The notes beneath the pieces were generated by a model. It saw only the letters and a program-made list of their open reading frames with translations, made no database searches and was not told the origin of the DNA. 34,145 bases of DNA from NCBI GenBank assembly GCA_000697335.1, contig JNEM01006649.1, positions 1 through 34,145 of the forward strand, written 5' to 3'. Both the position numbers and the translations under genes were made by a program. Position 1 is the stretch's first letter. The number at the start of each line of letters is the position of its first letter. This document shows positions 12,480 through 24,925 of the stretch, piece after piece. This DNA is from Conidiobolus incongruus B7586 (Eukaryota).

Positions 12480-13660
12480 GTTTAAAACTTTATTATTAAT
12501 ATCTTTTTATTATACTTTTGGTAGATCTTTACCATTTAAAAAATAATTCTTTAAGATTGAAATTTAATATATTTTAAACTAATTAAATTTGTTTGTATTA
12601 ATTTTCTTTCTTGCAACTATATCTTTTAATTTTCTAAAGCAATTATACTCACATTAAGCATATTATAGTCAATACTTTGATTATGGTAGTTCTTTCTAAT
12701 TTTTATAATAAAAAACCTTTATAATATTAACTTTATATATATATATATATAATAATTATAAAAATTAACAAGTATTTTTAACTCAAAATAAAAAACTAAT
12801 TAAAAATATATTTTTATAAAAAAATAATATGATTTTAATTAATTTACCTCTAAAAAATAATAAAAAAAATCATATATTATTATAATATATTATAGTTATC
12901 AATATTTTCTTATATATATAATATTGGTTTATTAGAATTTATAGAATAGTTGATTTGACTTAACCCAGCATTTTATTTGTTTTTTAAATAAATGATTATA
13001 TAAAAGATTTTATATTAATTAACTAATATCAATGATTTTTTATTAAAGGCTAAGTTTTTAATTATGTTAAAAAGTTTTATTTTGCTATAATACTTAACTT
13101 TATTATTTTTTAATTAAATTATAAAATATTTATTTTGTATTTTATTAATTAAACCAAGTCTTAACTTTACCATATATAATATAATTATATAGAAATTATT
13201 AAGTTGTTTTAATATCTTAAATTGATATAAAAGTGTGTTATTCAATATATCAATTATTTTATTATAATTAAATAGGATAAAAGTAAAAAATCAATAGTTT
13301 AGATTTTGGGAAATTTTAAATAATATACCTTCCAGGTTAATAATGACTAATCTAGCAATAAATGGCAGTTTTAGATAAATATTACCTCTAATATTTGCTT
13401 AAAAATCTTATATGATTTTAATAAGTTTGCAGCTAAGTTTTGATAATACTAAAATAAAAGGCTTTTGAAAACTATCATTTGGTTTAAGCATAATTAAACT
13501 CAATAATAAATTTTTCAACAAAAATATTTTAATGAAAAAATTATATTAATGAATATATATATTGTGAGAATATAAATTATCTTATTCATTCTCTATATAA
13601 TTTATTCCTTAAAATAACATTATGATTGAAAAATTTGCGATTTTTCATTAATATTCTTAT
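12480..13660 (-). mobile_element. Degenerate mariner-like DNA transposon, copy 3 (more diverged; ends approximate)
   Basis: ATG at 13491 begins 'MLKPNDSFQKPFILVLSKL', followed by 'SKTAIYC*ISHY*PGRYII*NFPKSK', 'LRLGLINKNTK*IFYNL', 'CWVKSNQ' and 'ELP*SKY*L*YA*CEYNCFRKLK'. These are collinear with copies 1 and 2. TIRs were not cleanly resolved. Confidence 0.75.
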
Positions 13661-14667
13661 TTTCAGTTATAAAATTTAAATAACTTATATCATTTTAATT
13701 GTTATATAGTCTTAGTTTCTATATACGAAATTTATATTTAAGAATCATATTATATATTTATTATTAAGATATAAATGTTTTATATTTTAAACCTTTATGA
13801 TAATTGTAATTATCCTATTTAGTATTAATTTTGATTTTGATTTTAAATATATCATTTTTATTCAATATTAATTTATAGATCTTATTTATTATCATTATAT
13901 TAATTTTTAAAAATAAATTTGATTTAAAATAAAATATGATTTAAGGAAATTTTATAATAAATTTCTTTTAATTAATATTACTTTATAAGTTCTATTAAGT
14001 TTTATGGAGATAGATTCTAAATTCCAGATATATAATATATATTAGAAATAGCCGTGTGGTTAATTGAAGTAATAAATGTATAATTAGGAAGATAGCAAAG
14101 TGTTTTTTATAAGAACAATGAAATTTTAGGTATCGCTTTAATAGAATAATTTTGGTTTAAAACCATCGCTACATATACCAAATAAAAATTTAAACGCCAT
14201 TTAGTAAAGATATAAAGAATATTATACTGAATTAACTTATTGGGCATTATTAAAAATATATCTCAAGCCCTAGTGATATTTTGGCTGCTGAAAAGAGTGC
14301 TATATATTCCAATTTTCAAATTGAATTTCAAAAAAGTCTTACCTTATATATGCAATAATACATAGGAAAGTGTTTAGTTCAGATACAAAACAATCCCAAT
14401 AGCGATTTTTTTATCATATTTATCTTGGAAAATATTTTTTTGATAATTTATTTGAAATTTCATTTATATTTAATTCTATATTATTTTAATAAATTGGCAA
14501 AGTTTGAACTAGATTAATTTCAATTTTAATTTCTTCAAGCATTGCATGAGTTTAAGAAAATTTGATTCAAATCAAGTACAAGTCCATATATATAACATAA
14601 ATTACACCAAATTATTTTATTAATTAATAATAAATATTATATATCAAAGTATATTTAAGTTTTATAG

Positions 14668-17600
14668 TTATTCGATTTGGATCACTTCGTCATTCAAATT
14701 TTGTTCTTGAACCATACTGTAATAGATACCCTGTAAACGAACTAATTCATCATGATTACCACGTTCTACGATGTGACCATCCTTGAAGACATAAATAACG
14801 TCAGCGCGCTTAATGGTTGACAAACGATGCGCAACTGCAATGGTAGTACGTCCATCTGAGGCATTATCAAGTGCTTCCTGCACCATCTTTTCGCTTTGGG
14901 CGTCTAAGGCACTGGTAGCTTCATCCAGAAGTAACAGTTTGGGATTTTTGACCAGTGCTCTGGCAATGGCAATACGCTGCTTCTGGCCTCCGGACAATTG
15001 ACTGCCCATAGCGCCAACATTAGTGTCGTAGCCATCGGGTAATTTCGAGATAAAGTCATGGATGTTGGCCAGTTTGCAAGCTTCGATAATTTGGTCATTT
15101 GTGGGCGCAGGTCCATCGGAACGAGCTCCCCATGCAATGTTCTCTCGAATAGTGAGGTTATAGAGAGAAGGCTCTTGACTCACCACTGCAATTTGATCAC
15201 GAAGCTGCGTGATGGGAAGATCTTCAATGGCAATACCGTCGATGGTAACAGATCCGGATGCAATGTCGTAAAAGCGTTGTAAAATACCCAGAGTTGTACT
15301 CTTACCACACCCACTAGCTCCTACAAGTGCAATGAACTGACCTGGCTTTGCTTCCAAATCAACACCACGGAGGACTTTAATATGAGGACGCGTGGGATAA
15401 TGGAATTGAACATTGTTGAACTTAATATGACCATTTATAGAGGTTGACTTATTACCAGTTTCTGGTTTGGATTTGATGAGAGGAATGCGTTCAGCAAGGT
15501 CGAAAACATGGTTAGCAGCTGTTTTGGCTTTAGAAATATCTGGAATATAGACGAAAAGACGACTGCAGCCACCAGTACCAGTAATAATTACATTGAATAC
15601 CGTAAACATCTGCTCTAAAGTATACTCCCCAGTATAGAAGAGAATAGAACCATAATAGAAAATTAGGGCAGAAGTCAAATAAATCAAACTGGTAGCGCTC
15701 GAAAAGATGATAGTAGTGACCCAAGTCTTTCGTTCATTCACTTGGAAAGTATGATTTAATTGTGCCATATACTTGTCCATGACTTTCTCCTCAATTGTCA
15801 GAGATGCAACGGTTCTAATAGCGCCGACAGCTTCACAAGCAATTTCAGCGGATTTCGCATATGCTTTTTCGGTATCGGATTCGAAACTAAAGTGGGCTTT
15901 TTCGTGGAGGTAACCCGTTAGCAACAATACTGGCAATATGGCACAAGCTACTAAACCCAATTTCCAACCATAGCAGAGTGCCATAATGACACCTACAATC
16001 AAATTTAAAATTACTTTAAAGATAACACCCAATGTGATACCAGTGATAGAGTGAATATTTTGAGCATCAGTACTCAATAAGGATGTCAAAGCACCCGTAG
16101 AATTTTCCGATCTGTCGAACCATCCCATCTCCTGCTTCAAAACGGATTTGTATGCCAAGTAACGCACTTGGGTTGTCAACATTTCCGACGATTTGCCTAA
16201 ACCACCCTCTTGAAAGAAGCACCCGATACCCGCTGCGATACCCAAAACTACGCCAATGATCGCATAGAATTCGGTACCTCGCAATAGTTTGTCGCCAGAT
16301 TCGCCCAATACATTCATTAATTTGGCGAGTACCATTTCGAAGATGATAGGCATGACACCGATGGTAGCGCATCCCACTAACATTCCGAGGTAATAAATGC
16401 GTGCAGATTTGTTTAGAGCAATGAGTTTGACTGCTAACCTATAAGTCGATCTGGGCTTAGATGATACTTCAGTGGTAGCAGCTTGTTGATGTGTGTTATG
16501 TAATGAATGAGTACTGCGATTGACGAATTCCATGGACATGCGAGTGACCAATGTTCCAGGCATTTGAGTAAGTCCTAGGTGAGGTTGGGGAATTGGGTTT
16601 TGTGCAGGTTCTTGAGCTTCAGAGGCAATTTCAGGAGGAACTTGGGGTTGATTAGATTCTGCCAAACTTTGAATCTGGACCAAATTAGCATAGTAGCCAT
16701 TTTCAACATTCAATAGCTCTTGATGTGTTCCCTTTTCAATGATCTTTCCTTCATTCATGACTACGATGACGTCGGCATTCTTGATGGTAGCTAAACGATG
16801 AGCAATTACAATTGTAGTTCTATTTTTAGAGGCTCTATCCAAAGCAAGTTGAACATGAGCTTCTGATTTCGAATCCAAGGCACTAGTGGCTTCATCCAAT
16901 AACAATATTGGAGGATCCTTGACAATTGCTCTAGCAATTGCAATTCTTTGCTTTTGGCCACCGGAAAGCAAAAAACCACGTTCACCAACTTCAGTATTAT
17001 AACCATTGGGCAAACTTGAAATAAAGTCATGAGCATTGGCAATCTTACAAGCTTCAACAATAGCTTCCATTTGCACTTCAGGAGTCTCATTTTCCAACTT
17101 TGTTCCAGCGAAACCAGCGGCAATATTCTCAGCAATGGTGCCGATGAAAAGGGTAGGCTCCTGACTGACCAAACCAAGCTGACGTCTCAACCATTTAACA
17201 TTGAAATCAGAAATTGAAATACCATCCAATTCGATTTGACCTTGAATCGGATTGTAGAACCTTTCCAACAATTGGATGATTGTGGATTTCCCAGATCCAC
17301 TGCTTCCCACGAGTGCCACAGTGGTAAAGGGATTCACCTCAAGGTTAAAATTCTTCAGTACTTGAACGTCCTTTCTTGATGGGTAACTGAATGTCACGTT
17401 CTTGAATTCGATCCTGCCACTCACTTTCTCGGGGATGATGCCTTCATCGTCTTTGGAATGGATGTCGGGCTTTCTGTCTATGATTTCGAAGAGCTTGTTG
17501 CTAGTTGATAGGGCTAATGTGATCGCTTGCAAGTTGGGACCGATACTTGCGAATGCGTTAGCACCCAAGAAAATTGTATTAATGACCACTACGATATTGC

Positions 17601-18537
17601 CTGGAGTTGCCAAATTCCAGAACAAAAGTTTTCCGGAGTAGTAAAAACCTAAAGCATAACTGAAGAATACAAACAAGGAAATAATACCGAGACCGATGGC
17701 GAAGGAAGCAGCCCTTAAAGTTGTACTCTTTTCGGCTCTGACTAACAAATTCAAATACTTTTTACTCAATTTCTCCTGCTGATTATATGTGGTCGCAGTT
17801 TTAATATGCGAAAAGGATTCCTCAGCCAAACTCGAGGCCTCCGCGTAAATCTCCATGGATTTATCTGTGAATTTGGTCATCAAGTACTCCATTATAAATA
17901 CGAGCACAGCTGTGCCAGGCACGACGAAACTCAGGACGAGACCCAAGCGCCAGTTGTATACGAGTGATACGATGTAACCAGAAACACACGCAGAAATATC
18001 TTGGATCACAAGTGAAAGCTTTTCGGACAAAGCGTCCTGAATCAATAGCACGTCGGATGTGGTTCTGGTAGCGACGCCTCCAGCTCCCCCTTCGGTATCG
18101 AACCAGGCGACATCTTGATGTAATACTGAATTAAGGTATAATTTTCTCAACTTCAAACTGATACGCTCTCCCACCACACGAAATACTGAAGTGGTTAAGT
18201 AAGTGCTGAAGAATACGATAATTGCCAAATACACGTACCATAGGGTATAGTAATGTGACGAACTTTTAAATTCTTCAATGTTCATGGTTCCTGAACGATA
18301 GTCCAAGAATGATTGGTACATGTTACCAAAGATCAGAGCGATCAAGGGTGATGAAGCACCGGTGATCATTGCTGTCAGTACCGCTATAACTAAACCGAAT
18401 GATTCCCAACCTTCTGTCAGGGTGAGAAGTTTAAAATAAGCTTTTTTAGGGCTTGTACCATTTTTGTCATTATTATCATTGGTGTTGGAAGATTGATCTA
18501 TATCAACTTTGTTTTTTTCCAATTCTATGGAAGTCAT
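14668..18537 (-). CDS. ABCB subfamily (MDR1/P-glycoprotein-like) full-length ABC multidrug transporter, 1289 aa, intronless
   Basis: Uninterrupted ORF with TMD-NBD-TMD-NBD architecture: Walker A GSSGSGKST and GASGCGKST, Q-loops VSQEP, two [14 protein letters not shown] signatures, two Walker [12 protein letters not shown] and two H-loops AHRL. The ORF track starts at an upstream TTG (18543); the first ATG is at 18537. Confidence 0.96.
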   Translation of the reverse strand: MTSIELEKNKVDIDQSSNTNDNNDKNGTSPKKAYFKLLTLTEGWESFGLVIAVLTAMITGASSPLIALIFGNMYQSFLDYRSGTMNIEEFKSSSHYYTLWYVYLAIIVFFSTYLTTSVFRVVGERISLKLRKLYLNSVLHQDVAWFDTEGGAGGVATRTTSDVLLIQDALSEKLSLVIQDISACVSGYIVSLVYNWRLGLVLSFVVPGTAVLVFIMEYLMTKFTDKSMEIYAEASSLAEESFSHIKTATTYNQQEKLSKKYLNLLVRAEKSTTLRAASFAIGLGIISLFVFFSYALGFYYSGKLLFWNLATPGNIVVVINTIFLGANAFASIGPNLQAITLALSTSNKLFEIIDRKPDIHSKDDEGIIPEKVSGRIEFKNVTFSYPSRKDVQVLKNFNLEVNPFTTVALVGSSGSGKSTIIQLLERFYNPIQGQIELDGISISDFNVKWLRRQLGLVSQEPTLFIGTIAENIAAGFAGTKLENETPEVQMEAIVEACKIANAHDFISSLPNGYNTEVGERGFLLSGGQKQRIAIARAIVKDPPILLLDEATSALDSKSEAHVQLALDRASKNRTTIVIAHRLATIKNADVIVVMNEGKIIEKGTHQELLNVENGYYANLVQIQSLAESNQPQVPPEIASEAQEPAQNPIPQPHLGLTQMPGTLVTRMSMEFVNRSTHSLHNTHQQAATTEVSSKPRSTYRLAVKLIALNKSARIYYLGMLVGCATIGVMPIIFEMVLAKLMNVLGESGDKLLRGTEFYAIIGVVLGIAAGIGCFFQEGGLGKSSEMLTTQVRYLAYKSVLKQEMGWFDRSENSTGALTSLLSTDAQNIHSITGITLGVIFKVILNLIVGVIMALCYGWKLGLVACAILPVLLLTGYLHEKAHFSFESDTEKAYAKSAEIACEAVGAIRTVASLTIEEKVMDKYMAQLNHTFQVNERKTWVTTIIFSSATSLIYLTSALIFYYGSILFYTGEYTLEQMFTVFNVIITGTGGCSRLFVYIPDISKAKTAANHVFDLAERIPLIKSKPETGNKSTSINGHIKFNNVQFHYPTRPHIKVLRGVDLEAKPGQFIALVGASGCGKSTTLGILQRFYDIASGSVTIDGIAIEDLPITQLRDQIAVVSQEPSLYNLTIRENIAWGARSDGPAPTNDQIIEACKLANIHDFISKLPDGYDTNVGAMGSQLSGGQKQRIAIARALVKNPKLLLLDEATSALDAQSEKMVQEALDNASDGRTTIAVAHRLSTIKRADVIYVFKDGHIVERGNHDELVRLQGIYYSMVQEQNLNDEVIQIE

Positions 18538-20879
18538 TGTCAAATTAGAATTAAATCCAAATTTCGAATCTTATTTAATTCTATGAATTGTCATACACAC
18601 TACTACTACCACTTATTAGACACTCGATTCAATTTAATTAACCAATATCCTAACTCTTTTTTTTAAAGTAATAATAAATGAAATGATTCCAATCACCAAA
18701 TAGTGATGATATCAAAAATTTGTTCAATAAAAATATCTCATCCGAATTATAGACCTCCGATGATTTATATATCATCATTAATATTCTAATAATATAATCA
18801 AATTCCAGTATGTGAATTTTGTTCATTAATCAATACCATTTTACTTTTTTCATTTGATTAGTATCCACTAATGTTGGGTTGATTAAGTAGTATGTGTGGT
18901 AATATGAGAGGACTGAAATTGGAATTTGATTGGTGGAGAGTTTAACTGATAATGGATTATTGATTGAATTTAGGGATCGTCTATCGCCTTAATGATATTA
19001 AAATCTAATTAATAATATAATGTTTATTAAATTAAATAGTATTAGAATAATTTAGGACAATTGTGTATTAAAACTTTGTAAAATTTGATCATAACATTTG
19101 TTAAAATTTATTAATCCTGAATTGAATTTTGTATTTATCCAATACTCTTTACATCAAAATATAGCGATGACTATGAAAAAATTATTGAAATACAATATAA
19201 AAGATGTGATGTATCGAATACTTTTGTATTAATTAACTGAGAATACGGAATTGATTCCATTCCTAACAACTGAATACTAGCGAACTGGAATTGACTAATT
19301 TATTATTTTATCAGATAATTTTTGTTATTTTACCAAATAAGTTATCTGATTGAGGATCAGATAAACATATTAAGGAATTTTTAAAAAATTTCCTTTTTGA
19401 TTGGTTGTATGTAAATATAGCTGTGAAACAATTTGGATAAACTAAGAAATTATCTGATAAAATATTTGTCAAAATTTCAATTTTTTTATCATCAGGTATT
19501 ATTCTGTTATTATATTCAGTATATTATCTAACTGCCCTGCTTCTTGGTTTCAGTAGTTAAATGAACATATTAGTTCTAGGTCCTTGATGATATTATTACT
19601 ATCTAAAAACTTCATTTTGTTTAACGTTTCTATCTCTCAAATATTTTCTCATTTCATTTTATCAGATAAAGAAATAATGGGTAATCTATTTGATTAGGTT
19701 TGGGACTTCTAGATTTTCAGTAATATATATAATGAAAGTGAAATACTTTGAGAATATTTATATTTTCATTTTGAATCTTATTAGTATTAGGCTCGATTCT
19801 TAAGTTTAATCACTTTGTCGAATTTATCAAAAACATTCCATACATTATTCATTTAATTCTAGTTTTTAAATGATATTGAGCTTGTTAATTTTATGTGATT
19901 ATATTGGATTTTGGTATGTCCATACTATATTTAGTCAAATTAAAAATCTTTATTGATTAATTATATGAGAATTTATATTGGAGTAGTAATAATTTTGATA
20001 TCATTGAAGTGATGGTATTAATTTATCCAGAATAAAAGTCATTTAAATATTTCATCAAAATATATTCATCAGTTTTGTAGCTTTGTTAGAGGTTTGTGAA
20101 TTCAAAATTTTAAACAATATAATGCTTATTAAACAAGCATGTGACAAATATATACTGTGAAAATATCATTGAAACAATTTATATAAAAAAATAATAAAAC
20201 ATTGAATTTTAAACGGATTACGATTTTTATCTTCAATTCAATTTTACCTGATTTATCCCTTCAGGAAAAAAAATACCCAATTCAATTTGAGTAAGTACAA
20301 ATAAATAGTTAATTTTTAGAAATATTTGTTAAAATGAGTTGTATAGTGGGAATATTATTGTTCAATATATATTGATAACTTATGAACTCTTTCTGAGATA
20401 TGAAGAGTTTGAAATTTATAATTAATTATGTTCATCTATATCTTTTGAAATATATTTGTTTAGATTTCATTGATTTATTAATTTTTTCAATTTGATATAG
20501 TATTCAAAAGCATTCACATATTAAATATATATCACATTCAAGGTGTCATAATTAAATATTCAATTCCTTTCACACATTGTTTTACTATATTATTTAGTAA
20601 TATATAATAATTATAAGTTAAAAATTCTATATTCTAAGACCTTAATTCCCTTACACTTGAACTACATATGATTTGAAAATCTATTTTAAATTCTAATGAT
20701 AAAAATTTTTAATTGTAAAAAGCAACTCCTAGGAATAACATTTAATTTCAACGTATTAATAAAATCTATTCATTTTTATATAAAATTATACTTTATTATT
20801 TTTAACGCCTTGAGATTTTCTTAATGATTTTTTAACTTATTTAAAAATTTTTAAATTGTTGAAAAATTTTGGAAGTAGG

Positions 20880-23460
20880 TAATTATTTTATGCGATACAA
20901 TCTGAAAGAAAATCAAATTGGAAAAATTCATATTTCAACTACTAATTTAAATTTTAAATTGTTGACATTATCTGAGTTTGATTTGCCAGGAATATATCCT
21001 TTTCATCGTTATCATTACCTCGTATACTACATTGCTGTTCAATAAATCAAGACTTGGAAATAATCATCTGAAGTCCAAATGGATGCCATTGTTGATATGT
21101 GTATGGTTGCAAATGAACATAATTTTACTTCCAGTTTGATAATTGAAAAATAATACTGAAGTTGGTGAACGTGGTTTCTTGATTTCCAGCGGCCAAAAGC
21201 AAAGAATTGCAATTGCTAGAGCAATTGTCAATGATCCTCCCATACTATTAGATCAAGCCACTAGTGTCATAAATTTGAGATCAGAAGTCCAAGTGCTGTT
21301 CACTTCGGATAGCGCCTCTAATAACAGAACTACAATTGTGATTGCTCATCGTCTACTACGATCAAGGATGATGCTGTCATTGTGATCAGGAATTAAGGCA
21401 AATTTATTAAATAGAGAACTCATCAGTAGTAAACTAGATTTGAAAATAAATTTATGCAAGCTTGTTCAAATTCAAAGTTTTAGGAATCGAATTAGAGTCA
21501 ATCTAAGAGTGAAATACCTTTAGATAAAAAAAGGATCATATATTCCCATCTCAGTACCTCAACCTGAACCCTTTGAACTTTGAGGAAATTTAACCCTTCA
21601 CATTTCCCTTAAATTTGAAATTGGTAATACCAGTCTCCTTCACACTATGCATAAGCAAGCACCCACAATCGAAGTATCATCCAAGCCCAGATCGATTTAT
21701 ATGTTAGTAACCAAACTCATCGCTTTGAGTAGATCCGGACCCATTTACTATCTTGAAATGATAACTGGATACACAATTATTGGATTAATACATGTCATTT
21801 TGAAATGTTCATCACTAAATTGACGGATATTTTAGAGGAGGAAGGCGAGGAACTATTACGAAACACTGAATACTATGCAATTATAAGCATGGTACTAAGT
21901 ATTGTAGCAGGTACTGATGGCTTTTTACAGGAGATGGGCTTAGTAAAATCTTTGGAAAAGTAAATCACTCAAATCACATATTTGATTTTTGCGTGAGTAT
22001 CAAAACATGAGATTAGATGATTTAATTGATCCGAAAATTCCACAGATGCTTTAACTTCTCTATAAGATATTGATGATGAAAATATTTATTCCATTAGAGA
22101 CTATCTTGGATGCTATCCTCAAAATTATATTGAATATTATAATTAGTATTGTGTTGAAACTTTGTTATGATAGGAAATTGGAATTGGTAGCGATTGCGAC
22201 TTTATTTATATTGATGATCACTGGATATTTCTACGAAAAGATTCACTTTAGTTTTACATTCGACACCGAAAGAGCTTATACTAAATTTTCAGGAATTGAT
22301 TGCCAAGCTGTCAGGACAATTCACTATAGCAGTTTTCATCATTGAGCAGAAGGTCATAGAAAATTATATGATCCGTTTAAATTGTACTTTTAGAGTAAAT
22401 AATCCTAAAGCTTGGATTACTATCTCTATTTATGTGAGTATTTATTGCTTGATTTATTTGATTGCTGCTTTAACCTTCTATGGTTCTATTCTCTTTCTCA
22501 CATGGGAATATACTTTGCAACAAATGTTTACAGTGCTCAATGTATCTGTAATGAGGTTGGTTAAATGTACTCGTCTGTTTACCTGGATAAAAGATGATTT
22601 CAAAGTCAAATCAGCTGCTAGCCATATTTTCAACATTACTGAACGTATTCCTATTATCAAATTCAAATCAGAGGCTGATATAAGTCGATTGAAATTCATA
22701 GTCATATTAAGTTCAATAATGTTCAGTTTCATTATCTCACACGTCCTCATATCAAAGTCCTCCGCGGTGTTGATTTGGAAGCAAAGCCAGGTCAGTTCAT
22801 TGCACTTGTAGGAGCTAGTGGATGTAGTAAGAGTACAACTCTGGGTATTTTACAACGCTCTTAAGCCATTGCATCTGGATCTGTTACCATCGACGGTATT
22901 GCCATCGAAGATCTTCCCATCACGCAGCTTCGTGATCAAATTGCAGTGGTGAGTCAAGAGCCCTCTCTCTATAGCCTCACTATTCGAGAGAACATTACTT
23001 GGGGAGCCCGTTCCGATGGATCTGTACCCACCCATGACCAAACTATCGAAGCTTGCAAACTGGCCAACATCCATGACTTTATCTCGAAATTACCCGATGG
23101 CTACGACACTAATGTTGGCGCTATGGGCAGTCAACTGTCCGGAGACCATAAGCAGCGTATTGCCATTGCCAGAGCACTGGTTAAAACCCCAAGCTGTCAC
23201 TTCTGGATAAAGCTACCAGTGCCTTAGACGCCCAAAGTGAAAAGATGGTGCAAGAAGCACTTGATAATGCCTCAGATGGACGTACTACCATTGCAGTTGC
23301 GCATCGTTTGTCAACCATTAAGCGCGCTGACGTTATTTATGTCTTCAAGGATGGTCACATAGTAGAACGTGGTAATCATGATGAATTAGTTTGTTTACAG
23401 GGTATCTATTGCAATATGGTTTAAGAACAAAATTTGAATGACGAAGTGATCGAAATTGTA
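20880..23460 (+). pseudogene. ABCB/MDR-type transporter pseudogene B (5'-eroded; NBD1 to C-terminus), inverted relative to the intact gene
   Basis: Homology is readable from 'LSLICQEYILFI' (~20972; cf. LGLVSQEPTLFI) and 'SEVQMDAIVDMCMVANEHNFTSSL' through to 'EQNLNDEVI'. Lesions include Walker A GASGCSKST, a stop at QRS*, signature LSGDHKQR and several frameshifts. The 5' boundary is approximate. Confidence 0.92.
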
Positions 23461-23644
23461 TTATTATTATTATTGTTTAATATTTGAATAATATTTTTTT
23501 CAAAACTAATATATAAAATATTAATTTAATATAATTATATTGAATTAATGAAAAAGAGTATTAATTAAAATTTTCTTAAGATAAGAAATAATTAGAATCA
23601 TAAATATTTTATATGAAATGATTTTGTTACTATTTTTTGTAATA

Positions 23645-23713
23645 TTAACATATAATCAAAGAAATGGAAAATTCTTTAATTACTGATCTTTCTAATATAT
23701 TATTGGTTTTGGA

Positions 23714-23760
<47 letters not shown>

Positions 23761-24925
23761 ATTTTTTTATTAGAAAATTAACTTTTAAATATTTATTATT
23801 TAATTTAAACATGCTTAAACTAAATAATAATTATCAAAAGTTTTGAGTTTTAGTATTGGTAAAACTTAACCATATACTTTTTAAAACTATTTAAAATTTA
23901 CAATCAATTTTTATAAATAAAGTGTATTAAAATTAATTATTCATTACTAGGTAAATTACTTTAAAGCTAAAAAAACTATTTAAAACATATTAAATTCAAA
24001 AAAAGTAATTTTAACTGTTATTTTTATAATTATTAATAATGTAAAAATATATTAAAAAATAATTTATAATTTTGTTAAAAAACGTCTAAAGTATTTTAAT
24101 ATTAGCTATATATATATATATATATTATATATTAAAGTTTAAATTTATATTAATTAATAAAAATATAAAATAAACACCTTATAATTTAACTAAAGCTTAA
24201 TAAAGCTAGAATAGCAATAGTTAAACAAAACTTGTTAAAATATAGCTAAAAACTATAGTTTTTATAATAAATTGTTATATTTTATAATTTATATTTCCCT
24301 CTATTTAATTCTTATTTAAAACACAAACTAAAATATTAGGTTAAGTTAAAATAATCCTTATTATAAATTCCAATAAATAAATATTTTATTTTTAAATAAA
24401 AATCAGTTATTATAATATATTATAAAAGCATATGCTATTTTTATTTAATTGTTTAAAAATTAATTAATAATAAATTTTATATTTTTTATTAAATATAGCT
24501 TTATTTAATTGGTATTTTAAATATAATTTAAAGCTACTCATTATTTTACAAAATAATTATGAAATAATTAAATTTAAATCTATAAAAAATTTTCTAATTT
24601 AAAATAATTAAAAAACCCACCACATATAACATATTCATTAGATTATAAACTATATAGTTATAATTGCTTTAGATAATTAAAAAATCTACATATAAGAAAG
24701 AAAATTCCAGTAAAAAATTAATTAATTTGTGAAATATTAAATTTTGTCTTTAATAAAAAAAAACCATTTTTTAAATGCTAGAAGTTTACCAAGAGTATGG
24801 CAAAAAGTTAATAATAATAAAAGACAGTATTGATTTTATATTATAAATTTATTTTTATAACTTACATATTTAAATCTTTATTTTCAATCTTAAAAAAATT
24901 CTTATAATTTAAAATCTGGAGTAAT
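23645..24925 (+). mobile_element. Degenerate mariner-like DNA transposon, copy 4 (dead transposase 23811-~24833; 3' end approximate)
   Basis: ATG at 23811 gives 'MLKLNNNYQKF*VLVLVKLNH', then 'ILQNNY' and 'PPHITYSLDYKLYSYNCFR*LKN'. Nucleotide similarity to copy 1 runs throughout (e.g. tttgtgaaatattaaattt, agaagtttacc). The 5' end has a TIR-like 'aagaaatggaaaatt'. Confidence 0.82.
23714..23760. repeat. (TA)n microsatellite within the mariner 5' UTR
   Basis: Long AT dinucleotide run. Shorter runs lie at the equivalent position in copy 1 (~1407-1421) and copy 2 (~11655-11669). Confidence 0.85.

Noticed and set aside
14813..17641. Small overlapping or antisense ORFs within the ABC gene and its pseudogenes (e.g. 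MDVGQFASF... three times)
   Set aside because: They recur only because the underlying ABC sequence is duplicated. There is no independent coding evidence.
18545..18935. Faint inverted similarity in the ABC promoter region (cacactactact vs agtagtatgtgtg)
   Set aside because: Too short and gapped to distinguish from chance in AT-rich DNA.
19050..20550. Possible decayed genes here and at ~8500-9300
   Set aside because: Slightly coding-like texture, but no recognisable motif or sustained reading frame.
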